Below, in pieces: positions 1-7,648 of a stretch of DNA of 64,000 bases; the stretch's first letter is position 1; each line of letters starts with the position of its first letter. The position numbers and the translations under genes were made by a program. Source of the stretch: an uncultured virus (IMG/VR IMGVR_UViG_3300008107_000013) (taxonomy: Duplodnaviria > Heunggongvirae > Uroviricota > Caudoviricetes); IMG/VR virus record IMGVR_UViG_3300008107_000013; one strand, given 5' to 3'. Under the pieces are notes generated by a model, which worked only from the letters and a program-made list of their open reading frames with translations, searched no databases and had not been told where the DNA came from.

Positions 1-188
1 CCATTCAATTCGTACCCATCTGTAGAAATTCCAGTTTGCTCAAAGCGTTGTCGCTGTCTGCGTTCAACCAATGACCGATACAACTTGTCGTCACTTTTCG
101 CCATGTCGCCATAAGTGTCGATGTCATCAATGATGTCCCAGAGTTTTTCCAACGCCTCCAATGCTTGCTTCATTGCTGAGATGCTCAT
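1..188 (-). CDS. hypothetical protein, runs off the window edge (MSISAMKQALEALEKLWDIIDD...)
   Basis: Read by hand: ATG at 188, frame open to position 1, ATGA-coupled to a 32-aa ORF at 185..283. Confidence 0.6.
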   Translation of the reverse strand, partial: MSISAMKQALEALEKLWDIIDDIDTYGDMAKSDDKLYRSLVERRQRQRFEQTGISTDGYELN

Positions 189-279
189 ACCGTAGACCTC
201 ACTCTTTTATCAATTACAACAAGCAACATTCCATTTCGCACTACAAGGCAATGCCGATTCCAACTAGCACCATACCCGT

Positions 280-597
280 TCATTCTGCATTATCCCAATC
301 AGCAACATCAAAACTCATTCGTAACCATAGAAACCCATCTTCATAGAGTTTGGCTTCAAATCTAAATCCACCACTGGCCATGACGTATTGACCACCTTCT
401 TTTTCTCGTTCTAATGCACCACGAACCACTTCTTGTAGATATTTCCTACAATGCTTACGGAGGTCAGTTATCTCTGGCACTCCCTTTACATCGGACCAGG
501 TCCAATTGAGGTATTTCATTACGGTATGGACTTTCTCAAAATCAAACTCATCCAAGCAGTCCATTATCGTATCATAGTGTTTTGCTTCTAGTTCCAT
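280..597 (-). CDS. hypothetical phage protein
   Basis: 105 aa ORF, co-oriented with neighbours, no recognised motif. Confidence 0.65.
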   Translation of the reverse strand: MELEAKHYDTIMDCLDEFDFEKVHTVMKYLNWTWSDVKGVPEITDLRKHCRKYLQEVVRGALEREKEGGQYVMASGGFRFEAKLYEDGFLWLRMSFDVADWDNAE

Positions 598-621
598 TTG
601 CTAACTCTTTAATTCGTTGGT

Positions 622-813
622 TCATTCTACAACCTCTTCCCAATGTCTGCAATAGAAGTGTTCACCCATCTTATCGATCTCTTTTTCTGGATATCCCTCT
701 GAGATGAGCCATGCTTTCTGTTCTTCCCAATCATCAAACTTCTTTGGAACGGCTTTAGGAAATCCATACTTCCACCCACCAGGGGGATCAATCATGTGTA
801 TGACGTTACTCAT
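622..813 (-). CDS. hypothetical phage protein (IDPPGGWKYGFPK motif)
   Basis: 63 aa ORF with GGAG SD upstream. Confidence 0.6.
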   Translation of the reverse strand: MSNVIHMIDPPGGWKYGFPKAVPKKFDDWEEQKAWLISEGYPEKEIDKMGEHFYCRHWEEVVE

Positions 814-855
814 AACTATCTACTCCAATATGATCATTGTACATCAAAATGTATT

Positions 856-1098
856 CTAATAATTCTCAATAAATGTTCTAGACTCAGCATCCCAAAACAA
901 TTCAATAGCAGACTTTGCAAATTGCATAGACACGTATTGACCAAGCATTCTCTCCTGCACCGGTGAAACCCATACCTTGGCCACATATACAATAGAATGG
1001 GCAATAGGATGACATTGACCTAATACCAATCCAGTGGTAATATCGTGGTAGTACTCAACATTGGGTGTAGGATTAAAAAACCATTGACATTTGTTCAA
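856..1098 (-). CDS. hypothetical phage protein
   Basis: 80 aa ORF, TTG start overlapping the stop of the upstream oxygenase. Confidence 0.55.
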   Translation of the reverse strand: MNKCQWFFNPTPNVEYYHDITTGLVLGQCHPIAHSIVYVAKVWVSPVQERMLGQYVSMQFAKSAIELFWDAESRTFIENY

Positions 1099-1715
1099 TC
1101 TCTATTCCCCGGTCCGATCTTTAAAATCTCCAATGAATTTGAAGTGTAGTGCTCACCCAACAACCCCACTGGAAAGGTATTGAATGACAATGATATGCGC
1201 TCATCGGTCTCTACTGTGTTAACACCATGGGTCAAGTTTGATGGAAACAACAACAAATCACCCCCACCCACATCTATCCACCATGAGTAGGAATTGTACT
1301 CATTATATTCTTTAGGGTATACTCTTAATTGGGCATACTCCTCTTTGTAAAAATAAATTTTATCTTTCTCTCTATCGGCCTTAATATAAAACACACCACT
1401 TAGAAAAGAGTTCTGATGGGTGTGAGTATGATGATAGTCACCTTTCTTGGAAAAATTGATCCATGATTGAGTGATATCTAATCTTACCTCACGCTGGGGA
1501 CTATACACAGTCTGAAAGAAATTATTAAGAGCATCATTTACATACTTTCTTACTGAAGATAATTCCTTTATGTCCAGTACGTTGTGATTTATAGTCATAT
1601 GATTACCGGTATTATTCATACGCTCTAATGAATTGATTGCCTTTAGTTCCTTTACAGTAAACTCACGCCCAATCTCATTACGGCCAACGGCGGTGGGAAA
1701 TAGCGGTACTATCAT
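1095..1715 (-). CDS. putative 2OG-Fe(II) oxygenase (phage TIGR02466-like)
   Basis: LFPT N-terminus, SWIN, HTH..NSFLSGVFY, LLLFPSNLTHGV and RISLSFN motifs. Confidence 0.85.
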   Translation of the reverse strand: MIVPLFPTAVGRNEIGREFTVKELKAINSLERMNNTGNHMTINHNVLDIKELSSVRKYVNDALNNFFQTVYSPQREVRLDITQSWINFSKKGDYHHTHTHQNSFLSGVFYIKADREKDKIYFYKEEYAQLRVYPKEYNEYNSYSWWIDVGGGDLLLFPSNLTHGVNTVETDERISLSFNTFPVGLLGEHYTSNSLEILKIGPGNRD

Positions 1716-1755
1716 TTGATCCTTTCAATGTACTCTACTCTAATAAGACTCTGTA

Positions 1756-1784
1756 AGTATACAGTGTCGGAAAAATTAAATCAA
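1756..1784 (-). promoter_or_regulatory. sigma70-type early promoter TTGATT-N17-TATACT
   Basis: Minus strand GTTGATTTAATTTTTCCGACACTGTATACT, upstream of the oxygenase. Confidence 0.7.
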
Positions 1785-1888
1785 CCATGACTTTGTACCG
1801 GGGGAGTTTTAGACCGAAAATTGGCCGGGGAAAAATTTTAGAGGGGGGTTTATACAGGGACAGTGACTGCTTTGGAAAACCCCAGATA

Positions 1889-1923
1889 TGGTGGTCTAGA
1901 TAGAGCCTGAATTTAGACCACCA
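1889..1923. repeat. 12-bp inverted repeat / hairpin
   Basis: TGGTGGTCTAGA-N11-TTTAGACCACCA, one G.T pair. Confidence 0.75.
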
Positions 1924-1946
1924 CTGTTCTCCACTGTACGCGCTCT

Positions 1947-2100
1947 TGGGGGCACCTCACATGGTTGTTTAAGAGTAGGTGCGTTCGGTAATGGTATACC
2001 AACACTCACCACTCCCCCTTTTGAGCTGGGTAAGGGCGCAACTCTATTGTCGTTTATAGGCTAGGACAATCCGGGCATCTCCGTGCGTCCTGCCGCCCCC
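1947..2100 (-). ncRNA. candidate structured ncRNA of unknown family
   Basis: Closing stem GGGGGCG/TGCCCCC plus three internal hairpins and a possible pseudoknot, in a GC-rich intergenic gap. Confidence 0.4.
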
Positions 2101-2109
2101 TTTGATTCT

Positions 2110-2364
2110 TTAGGCCGCCATCTGTTGTTCGGCCTTAGCTACCACATCAATAGCAACCTTGGTAGCCTTTTGCATCGATACTACATTGCCACCTTCAATG
2201 CGCTTGATGGCTTTGGCCACGTACACAGAGGCGTTGTTAGGCGATACGGCCAGCTTTTCGGTGATCGTCTTTAGAAGGGCCAGCTTGTCACTGCGCTGGT
2301 TGAACGGATACACCTCTTTGACCATCTCGGTTACTAGATCTAAGTTTGTGATTTTCTTACTCAT
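2110..2364 (-). CDS. hypothetical early protein
   Basis: 84 aa ORF with AGGAG SD. Confidence 0.7.
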   Translation of the reverse strand: MSKKITNLDLVTEMVKEVYPFNQRSDKLALLKTITEKLAVSPNNASVYVAKAIKRIEGGNVVSMQKATKVAIDVVAKAEQQMAA

Positions 2365-2394
2365 TATATAATACTCCTATCAATGTTAAAAGAT

Positions 2395-2505
2395 TTACTT
2401 CTTATTGGGCACGAATGTTTCGATCAGGAAATAGGCCAGCGCACCCACCGACCAGGCCACACAAAGGTAAAACACAATCTCTAAGATATCATAAAGATGG
2501 TTCAT
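2395..2505 (-). CDS. small single-TM protein (36 aa, not in ORF track)
   Basis: MNHLYDILEIVFYLCVAWSVGALAYFLIETFVPNKK; ATGA overlap with upstream stop. Confidence 0.55.
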   Translation of the reverse strand: MNHLYDILEIVFYLCVAWSVGALAYFLIETFVPNKK

Positions 2506-2726
2506 CTAGATGATACTCCGTCAAAGGATTCAAGGGCCCGGGCCTTGACCAAAGCATCATACCGGGCCAGCTCTCTCCGATCCCGCTCCTGTTGTTGAAA
2601 GGAGATGGCATTGGACAGGCGCTCGGCCAAACACTGATCATACCAGACCAGACCAGTGGCCACCACATCGAGCTCTTTTATAGACAACTCACTAAGGAGT
2701 CTAACGATCTTGGCGGTTCTGGTCAT
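2502..2726 (-). CDS. hypothetical early protein
   Basis: 74 aa ORF, TAATG-coupled to upstream gene. Confidence 0.6.
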   Translation of the reverse strand: MTRTAKIVRLLSELSIKELDVVATGLVWYDQCLAERLSNAISFQQQERDRRELARYDALVKARALESFDGVSSR

Positions 2727-2986
2727 TATACGCGCTCGTCTTTCATCGTCTCAAACAGGCAATACTTGGCAATGTTCAATTGCTTGATCACCGCCTGATC
2801 GATCGTTGCCGGACCACGCATCTCTAACAACTCCTGGCAATCACTCAGAATGCCGGCTACAACCATCTCAATACCTGAGAGTTTAGCGGTCATTGATTCG
2901 AGATACTGTCTACGAACATCTTCATAAGACATACCTAAAGCATTCTTCTCAAATTCAGTCATTTCACTTCCTTTCTTATTTACCAT
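2726..2986 (-). CDS. hypothetical early protein (SD-led start probably at 2962)
   Basis: 86 aa ORF; AAAGGAAG SD precedes the internal Met at 2962. Confidence 0.7.
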   Translation of the reverse strand: MVNKKGSEMTEFEKNALGMSYEDVRRQYLESMTAKLSGIEMVVAGILSDCQELLEMRGPATIDQAVIKQLNIAKYCLFETMKDERV

Positions 2987-2992
2987 ACATTA

Positions 2993-3021
2993 ATTATAAG
3001 AAAAGGCAGTAATTAAGTCAA
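2993..3021 (-). promoter_or_regulatory. sigma70-type early promoter TTGACT-N17-TATAAT
   Basis: Near-consensus boxes with 17-bp spacer. Confidence 0.8.
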
Positions 3022-3030
3022 CTGAAGAAA

Positions 3031-3092
3031 CCACGGCTAGCCGTAGTCGACCCCCACAGCTAGCCGTAAGATAGAACCACATCTAGCTGTGG
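3031..3092. repeat. three degenerate 16-bp palindromes at 23-bp period
   Basis: CCACGGCTAGCCGTAG (3031), CCACAGCTAGCCGTAA (3054), CCACATCTAGCTGTGG (3077). Confidence 0.8.
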
Positions 3093-3189
3093 GTGGAATA
3101 ATACTGTACTATTCAAGTAAAGTACTCATTAACAGGCTATAGCTATAGTAAAGAGCCCTTTAATAGCCCTGACCCGTAGTAAAGTATGA

Positions 3190-3414
3190 TTAAGAATAAT
3201 CACCATATGATTGCCACATAACATAATTAGCTACAATCTCCTTGCCCCCATCCATAAGCCACACCTCATTGGGACTCTTATCTTCAAAAGCTTTGTTCTT
3301 AGAGTCCCACCATTGATCTACCTGATGTTGGGTACCTAATAATGAAAGTAAATGTGTGTTGAGCCATAGCTTTAAATCACTTATCCCCATCGCTCTCCTG
3401 TTGTCTTTATCCAT
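3190..3414 (-). CDS. Xre/MbcA/ParS antitoxin C-terminal (DUF2384)-like protein
   Basis: LLG..QVDQWWDSKNKAFEDKSPNEVW..GG..IVANYV resembles the family pattern G...W...N.A.....P......G...V..Y. Confidence 0.6.
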   Translation of the reverse strand: MDKDNRRAMGISDLKLWLNTHLLSLLGTQHQVDQWWDSKNKAFEDKSPNEVWLMDGGKEIVANYVMWQSYGDYS

Positions 3415-3506
3415 ATACGCTGCCTCGTCTTTCCCTTTTCCCCCGCCTCACGACACCAATACCTATATAAGAATTGATAACTTAATGTTTTTGGGAGTCT
3501 TTTCCT

Positions 3507-4004
3507 ATGGTCTTTATCTATCTCTATCAGAATAATACTATCATCGCTACTGAAGAACCGTTGAAAGGTTCTGAATACGAACAACTTCTTACTGTAAAAG
3601 ACTTACACAATGTTGAAAAGGTATTGGCCAGATATGATGCCAAATACAAAATCGACAATCGTATCAATAAGAAGAAGTTACTTCGCTTTACTGCCGAACA
3701 ACGTGCTTTAGGTGTTGAGCGTATGACTGAGGCCGTTAAAGGTGTTCCTAAGTCTGTCTCCCATCGCCTGGCTATGTCTGAGGCTAAGAAAGGAAAAGCT
3801 TCAAACTTCAAAGGCAAGAACCATACCGACTATGCTAAAGCTCTCATCAAAATAGGACGAGGTACTCGTGATCCTATTATGGGTAAGAAGTGGTGTCATG
3901 ATCCTATGACCGGTAAGGAGAAGAGATGTCATCAACTACCTGAAGGATATCGATGGGGGCGTACTCCAGAATTTAATGACTGGAAGACGGCAACCTCTCT
4001 ATAG
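3507..4004 (+). CDS. NUMOD3-type DNA-binding protein without an evident nuclease domain
   Basis: KSVSHRLAMSEAKKG and KGKNHTDYAK repeats plus KKWCHD...PEGYRWGR tail, as in Seg/Mob endonuclease C-termini. Confidence 0.65.
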   Translation: MVFIYLYQNNTIIATEEPLKGSEYEQLLTVKDLHNVEKVLARYDAKYKIDNRINKKKLLRFTAEQRALGVERMTEAVKGVPKSVSHRLAMSEAKKGKASNFKGKNHTDYAKALIKIGRGTRDPIMGKKWCHDPMTGKEKRCHQLPEGYRWGRTPEFNDWKTATSL

Positions 4005-4167
4005 CCTTACACTTGAATACTGTGTCCTGCTTGTCTTTCATATCGGCATTCGAATTCAAATAAAATTGATGTCTTGCCTTCAATGAGTACGAGCAATCTC
4101 TAACGTTCTCGTACTTGTTTACCGGGATTTCTACTCCATTCAAAGCCATTATCAATAACCAACTCAT
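3973..4167 (-). CDS. small hypothetical protein
   Basis: 64 aa, ATGA-coupled, hydrophobic N-terminus and two Cys. Confidence 0.5.
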   Translation of the reverse strand: MSWLLIMALNGVEIPVNKYENVRDCSYSLKARHQFYLNSNADMKDKQDTVFKCKAIERLPSSSH

Positions 4168-4529
4168 CGTCTCATCCTTGCAATATCTATAGCGTCGTCA
4201 CCCTGGAACACTGGTATTAGATTAGATTTATGAAGGGTGCCAATGCCTATTATCTTAGTACCAGTATACGTATTGGATTCTTTCTTTACCGCGACCGTTA
4301 CAGAGTCGGGCTTAGATGGAATGGAAGTAGTAAGCCGATGAGAATTAAGAGAAAGACGATCCGTCTGAGGTAAAGCGGCCGGGGTTTCAGGCAAGCGCTT
4401 ACCAGTGAAGAAACGTTTAGTATTAGAATAGCTAGCCTCATCCATAGATCGCTGCAAAGACAGCTTCTCTTTTTGCTTTTTCTTTTGCCTGCTTGTCTTC
4501 TTCGACCTTTCGTGCACTATCAGAAACAT
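4164..4529 (-). CDS. conserved T4-like hypothetical protein
   Basis: C-terminal YTGTKIIGIGTLHKSNLIPVF...DIARMRR motif recalled from T4-like phages. Confidence 0.7.
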   Translation of the reverse strand: MFLIVHERSKKTSRQKKKQKEKLSLQRSMDEASYSNTKRFFTGKRLPETPAALPQTDRLSLNSHRLTTSIPSKPDSVTVAVKKESNTYTGTKIIGIGTLHKSNLIPVFQGDDAIDIARMRR

Positions 4530-4758
4530 CTTGCATTATCTCCTCAACTGAAACCATCTTAGAAAGACCCCAGACTACTACCGCGCGCTCGTTCTGCCTA
4601 TCCAACCAACGAATAAGCATCTGAAGGAACGATTGCTTGATAGAGTACATGTCCTTCTGACCTTTCACCGGCCTAACCTCATTCTTAAGAACGCGATTAA
4701 GATTCTGAATACGATCAAAGGTTCGCTTTTCCATCCTGACGTAAGTATATCTGTTCAT
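4438..4758 (-). CDS. hypothetical early protein, probably leaderless
   Basis: 106 aa ORF, ATG 6 nt after a -10 box, no SD. Confidence 0.55.
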   Translation of the reverse strand: MNRYTYVRMEKRTFDRIQNLNRVLKNEVRPVKGQKDMYSIKQSFLQMLIRWLDRQNERAVVVWGLSKMVSVEEIMQDVSDSARKVEEDKQAKEKAKREAVFAAIYG

Positions 4759-4764
4759 AGTTCT

Positions 4765-4793
4765 ATATTACACTTAATAGGAAATTAACTCAA
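4765..4793 (-). promoter_or_regulatory. sigma70-type early promoter TTGAGT-N17-TAATAT
   Basis: Shares the GTTGAnnTAATT extended -35 motif with other early promoters. Confidence 0.65.
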
Positions 4794-4818
4794 CTGTTCT
4801 TTTTCAATGTGTGTCATA

Positions 4819-5088
4819 TTAACCCCAGTCCTTTTTATCACCATACTCTTCGTTGTAGTTGTAACCGGCTGTGTAAGCGGTTATCTCATCGGCAGTCATC
4901 TGTCCAAGCTCTACTCTTTCTGATTGAAAAGAATCACCTTTGAAGTAATGAGGGTTAAACGCTCGCCAGTAATAAGAGTCAGCTGACCCTCGATCATAAG
5001 GGCTTCCATGACGCATGTCATACATTTCTTTGTGCTGCCTGGACAGTTCACTTCCTAGATAAATCTTTGCTGGATATAAACCTACCAT
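4819..5088 (-). CDS. conserved phage hypothetical protein (RHGSPYDRGSADSYY)
   Basis: 89 aa ORF with AAGGAG SD. Confidence 0.7.
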   Translation of the reverse strand: MVGLYPAKIYLGSELSRQHKEMYDMRHGSPYDRGSADSYYWRAFNPHYFKGDSFQSERVELGQMTADEITAYTAGYNYNEEYGDKKDWG

Positions 5089-5101
5089 ATCACTCTCCTT
5101 A

Positions 5102-6016
5102 TTAAGCTACTAATACGTACTTGGCCATCTGCTCCCAATTCTGACGACCGGTAGAACGAATCTTAGTCGTCTGAATCAGAGTACGAAGGCTAATCTCTTT
5201 TGCATCAAACCGATACTTCTTGATGATAGAGAGCGATTCCTCTTTCATCTTGAGATCGATATTAGGCAAAAACTCAGGCTCACGCATGATAGCGTCCATA
5301 CGCTCGAGCTTTTGATCTACAGTCATCGACAGGTCGATACACATCGAACGAGTCTTGAGAGCTTGATCAAGACGATCAGGCGTAAGGTTAGAGATGAACA
5401 CAATCCCACCTTTAAACTCAAACATACGGGGGAGATTAGGGTCTCTCAGTTCGCTATTCCAAGTCACTATCCTCTTATCAAACGAGTCAAGTGCCCCTTT
5501 GAGAATGTTGACTGCATCGGGGTCCTTCTGAATAGAATCACAATCGTCAAACACAATAACCGAGTTACGATTTTCGTAGAGAGTACGATAGAGAGCCTTA
5601 GCAGTAGAAAAGCCCTTGATGACTACAAACATAGTCTTAGACATAACTACCGATCCTAGATCAGTCTCCGATAAGACCGTAGTCATATTCTTAAGACCGG
5701 CAGCCTCTAGAGCCTTGATCACGGTAAACGACTTACCGAGACCACCTTCGCCAGTAATAATCACAGACGGGGTCTGACGCTGGGCGACCATGTCGACAAC
5801 GTTCTTGACAAAGTCAAAGCGCTCGTTGATAGGAAACTCAACGGCTTTCTGCTCTTCCTTCTGGATTTGAACGACTACGTCCTCTTTGTGATTCTTGAGC
5901 TGGCGCTCGACGTAGTACTTAGAGGTTGATTTGACTACTAGGTTACCGTTAACATAGCCATGGTACTTTCCGTTGATCAATTCGATCTTCGTCATTGATA
6001 TCTCCTTATTCATCAT
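5102..6016 (-). CDS. P-loop/AAA-type ATPase
   Basis: Walker A GEGGLGKS, Walker B VIVFDDCD, IVFISN sensor; alternative SD-led start at 5995. Confidence 0.85.
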   Translation of the reverse strand: MMNKEISMTKIELINGKYHGYVNGNLVVKSTSKYYVERQLKNHKEDVVVQIQKEEQKAVEFPINERFDFVKNVVDMVAQRQTPSVIITGEGGLGKSFTVIKALEAAGLKNMTTVLSETDLGSVVMSKTMFVVIKGFSTAKALYRTLYENRNSVIVFDDCDSIQKDPDAVNILKGALDSFDKRIVTWNSELRDPNLPRMFEFKGGIVFISNLTPDRLDQALKTRSMCIDLSMTVDQKLERMDAIMREPEFLPNIDLKMKEESLSIIKKYRFDAKEISLRTLIQTTKIRSTGRQNWEQMAKYVLVA

Positions 6017-6022
6017 ACATTC

Positions 6023-6051
6023 ATTATGTATTCCCTAGGAAATTATCTCAA
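6023..6051 (-). promoter_or_regulatory. sigma70-type early promoter TTGAGA-N17-CATAAT
   Basis: GTTGAGATAATTTCC motif, 17-bp spacer. Confidence 0.7.
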
Positions 6052-6078
6052 CTCTCTCCCTAGAGAAAACCTCAATGA

Positions 6079-6091
6079 AATCAATGAGTTA
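6079..6091 (+). promoter_or_regulatory. IHF-consensus site
   Basis: AATCAATGAGTTA matches WATCAANNNNTTR exactly, ~30 bp upstream of a -35 box. Confidence 0.45.
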
Positions 6092-6234
6092 GAAGTACCT
6101 GACTAAAATGCTTGGGTATTACTGCTTAGAACTCACAGAGCTCCGTGGTTTTGCCGCCTCTCCAATTGCTCTATACGGGGAATATATGGCAAAAAGCCAC
6201 ATATTCACCCAGTAATCAAACCATTGCTCTATCA

Positions 6235-6777
6235 TTACTCGTCACTATCGGGACGAGGAGGGCGGCCAAGTCCTACTGGCGGAGGCGGATCTCCAAAAGA
6301 GGCTCCAGGAGGAGGAGGTAATGGTCCTCTAGGACCAGGAGCAGAAGGAGCTCCGAATGAAGGAGCGGGAGGAGCACCAAAAGCAGGGCTAGCACCAAAA
6401 GACGATACAGGAGAAGGTCTTCCTAGAGGTGACGGACTAGAGGGGGAAGGAGTAGAAGGTCTTGTAGCTGCTTCTATTGCTTTCATCTTTGCTTCTTTAT
6501 CATCCTTACCTGCAAGCATGATACCAGATAATGTTCCAGTTAAAAATGTAGCAATAGGAATGATTAACTCAAAGAACTTCTGATCAATAGGAGAGATAGC
6601 GTTGAGAGGCTGGGTTACGAATATGATAGAATAAAGAACAACAAACACAATACCAGTAAGAGTTAATGCCAGGCAGATTCCGATGAAGAATCTAAGACGA
6701 GCCATGAGTTGGTCTTCGGTATAGATGAAAGGATCCTCTCCTTCTTTCTCTTTAAAAAATTTATGGTTCATTTGCAT
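6235..6777 (-). CDS. two-TM membrane protein with Pro/Ser/Gly-rich C-terminal tail
   Basis: Hydrophobic helices FFIGICLAL...IIFV and LIIPIATFLTGTLSGIML, then a low-complexity tail. Confidence 0.75.
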   Translation of the reverse strand: MQMNHKFFKEKEGEDPFIYTEDQLMARLRFFIGICLALTLTGIVFVVLYSIIFVTQPLNAISPIDQKFFELIIPIATFLTGTLSGIMLAGKDDKEAKMKAIEAATRPSTPSPSSPSPLGRPSPVSSFGASPAFGAPPAPSFGAPSAPGPRGPLPPPPGASFGDPPPPVGLGRPPRPDSDE

Positions 6778-7046
6778 GCTGCCCCCGATTTAGATAATTG
6801 TGAAGTCATAGATGGAGTGGTTGGTGCTTTGTCATCAGGAGGACCTAGTCTAGGATCTCTCCCTCCTTTAAATATATGTTCTGGACACGTTCTAGTTACA
6901 TCGCAGAGAGGCTTTTGGCATTCTTGTTTATCCCAGTTAGCTGGATCTTGACATGAGTATCTAAATCGATCTCCTCCAAATACTGCCAGCAATAATGGAA
7001 CAAATATTAATAGTGCAAGCCACTTAAACAGTCTTCTATCGTTCAC
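6768..7046 (-). CDS. small exported Cys-rich protein
   Basis: N-terminal hydrophobic helix then DRFRYSCQDPANW...C...C....C. Confidence 0.7.
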   Translation of the reverse strand: MNDRRLFKWLALLIFVPLLLAVFGGDRFRYSCQDPANWDKQECQKPLCDVTRTCPEHIFKGGRDPRLGPPDDKAPTTPSMTSQLSKSGAACK

Positions 7047-7065
7047 TCTTCACCTCTCTGTGTAA

Positions 7066-7539
7066 TTACCTTCCAGATAATGGATTATCCATTGCTTTCT
7101 GAATCTTATTATCTATCTCTTTTCGTAATTCTCGAACGTCCTTTTCAGTTTCACGTTGGCTTTGCTTAGCTCCTCGTTCCACTTGCTCAACCACATTTTC
7201 CAACCTTCTGATGTCGTTTTTAAGATCGTTCTTAATGTCGCGGGTGTAGTCTGTAGTTTTAGCAGAATTCTCTTCTATAACAGCCAATCGCTTATCAAAC
7301 TCCGAAAGGTCAGGAGCAACATAGGTTGCTATTTTTTTCTGCATATCCTGATAAGATTTATATACTTCAAATGCTCCATATAGCGAGCCAAGCACAGAAG
7401 AAACTATACCAGCAGCAATCATTAGCTTGGCAGGAGTAAATTCATATCCTCCAATACTAATCACTGTGTCTTTACTAGCATACTTCTTTGCTGCTGCTTC
7501 CAGCTCTTCTACTTTTTTGTCTATATTTTTGTCTGACAT
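7066..7539 (-). CDS. single-TM coiled-coil protein
   Basis: TM LMIAAGIVSSVLGSLYGAF, long heptad region, ends AMDNPL. Confidence 0.75.
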   Translation of the reverse strand: MSDKNIDKKVEELEAAAKKYASKDTVISIGGYEFTPAKLMIAAGIVSSVLGSLYGAFEVYKSYQDMQKKIATYVAPDLSEFDKRLAVIEENSAKTTDYTRDIKNDLKNDIRRLENVVEQVERGAKQSQRETEKDVRELRKEIDNKIQKAMDNPLSGR

Positions 7540-7540
7540 T

Positions 7541-7648
7541 TTACTTCCTTATTTCTTGTTTAGTTATTTGATTATACTGATGTTCCAACCAAAGACCAAA
7601 AAAACTAATAATAAGGCATGTTGCTGCAAACCAGTGGGCAGGTCTCAT
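7541..7648 (-). CDS. small TM peptide (35 aa, not in ORF track)
   Basis: MRPAHWFAATCLIISFFGLWLEHQYNQITKQEIRK; ATGA-coupled, fills the operon gap. Confidence 0.5.
   Translation of the reverse strand: MRPAHWFAATCLIISFFGLWLEHQYNQITKQEIRK

Noticed and set aside
1947..2100. tRNA or tmRNA, suggested by GGGGGCG...TGCCCCCA acceptor-like ends and an AACGACAAT tag-like stretch
   Set aside because: No TTCRA T-loop, no G3.U pair, no cloverleaf, and too short for tmRNA; kept only as an unknown ncRNA candidate.
3031..3092. Mini CRISPR array
   Set aside because: Units are 16 bp with 7-bp gaps, far below spacer size, and no cas genes are present.
3381..3584. 67-aa minus-strand ORF
   Set aside because: Overlaps both the NUMOD3 gene and the antitoxin-like gene, with no SD or motif.
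6224..6583. Gly-rich plus-strand ORF, and similar ones at 5312, 35551, 44315 and 56022
   Set aside because: Antisense shadows of well-supported minus-strand genes with no independent expression signals.
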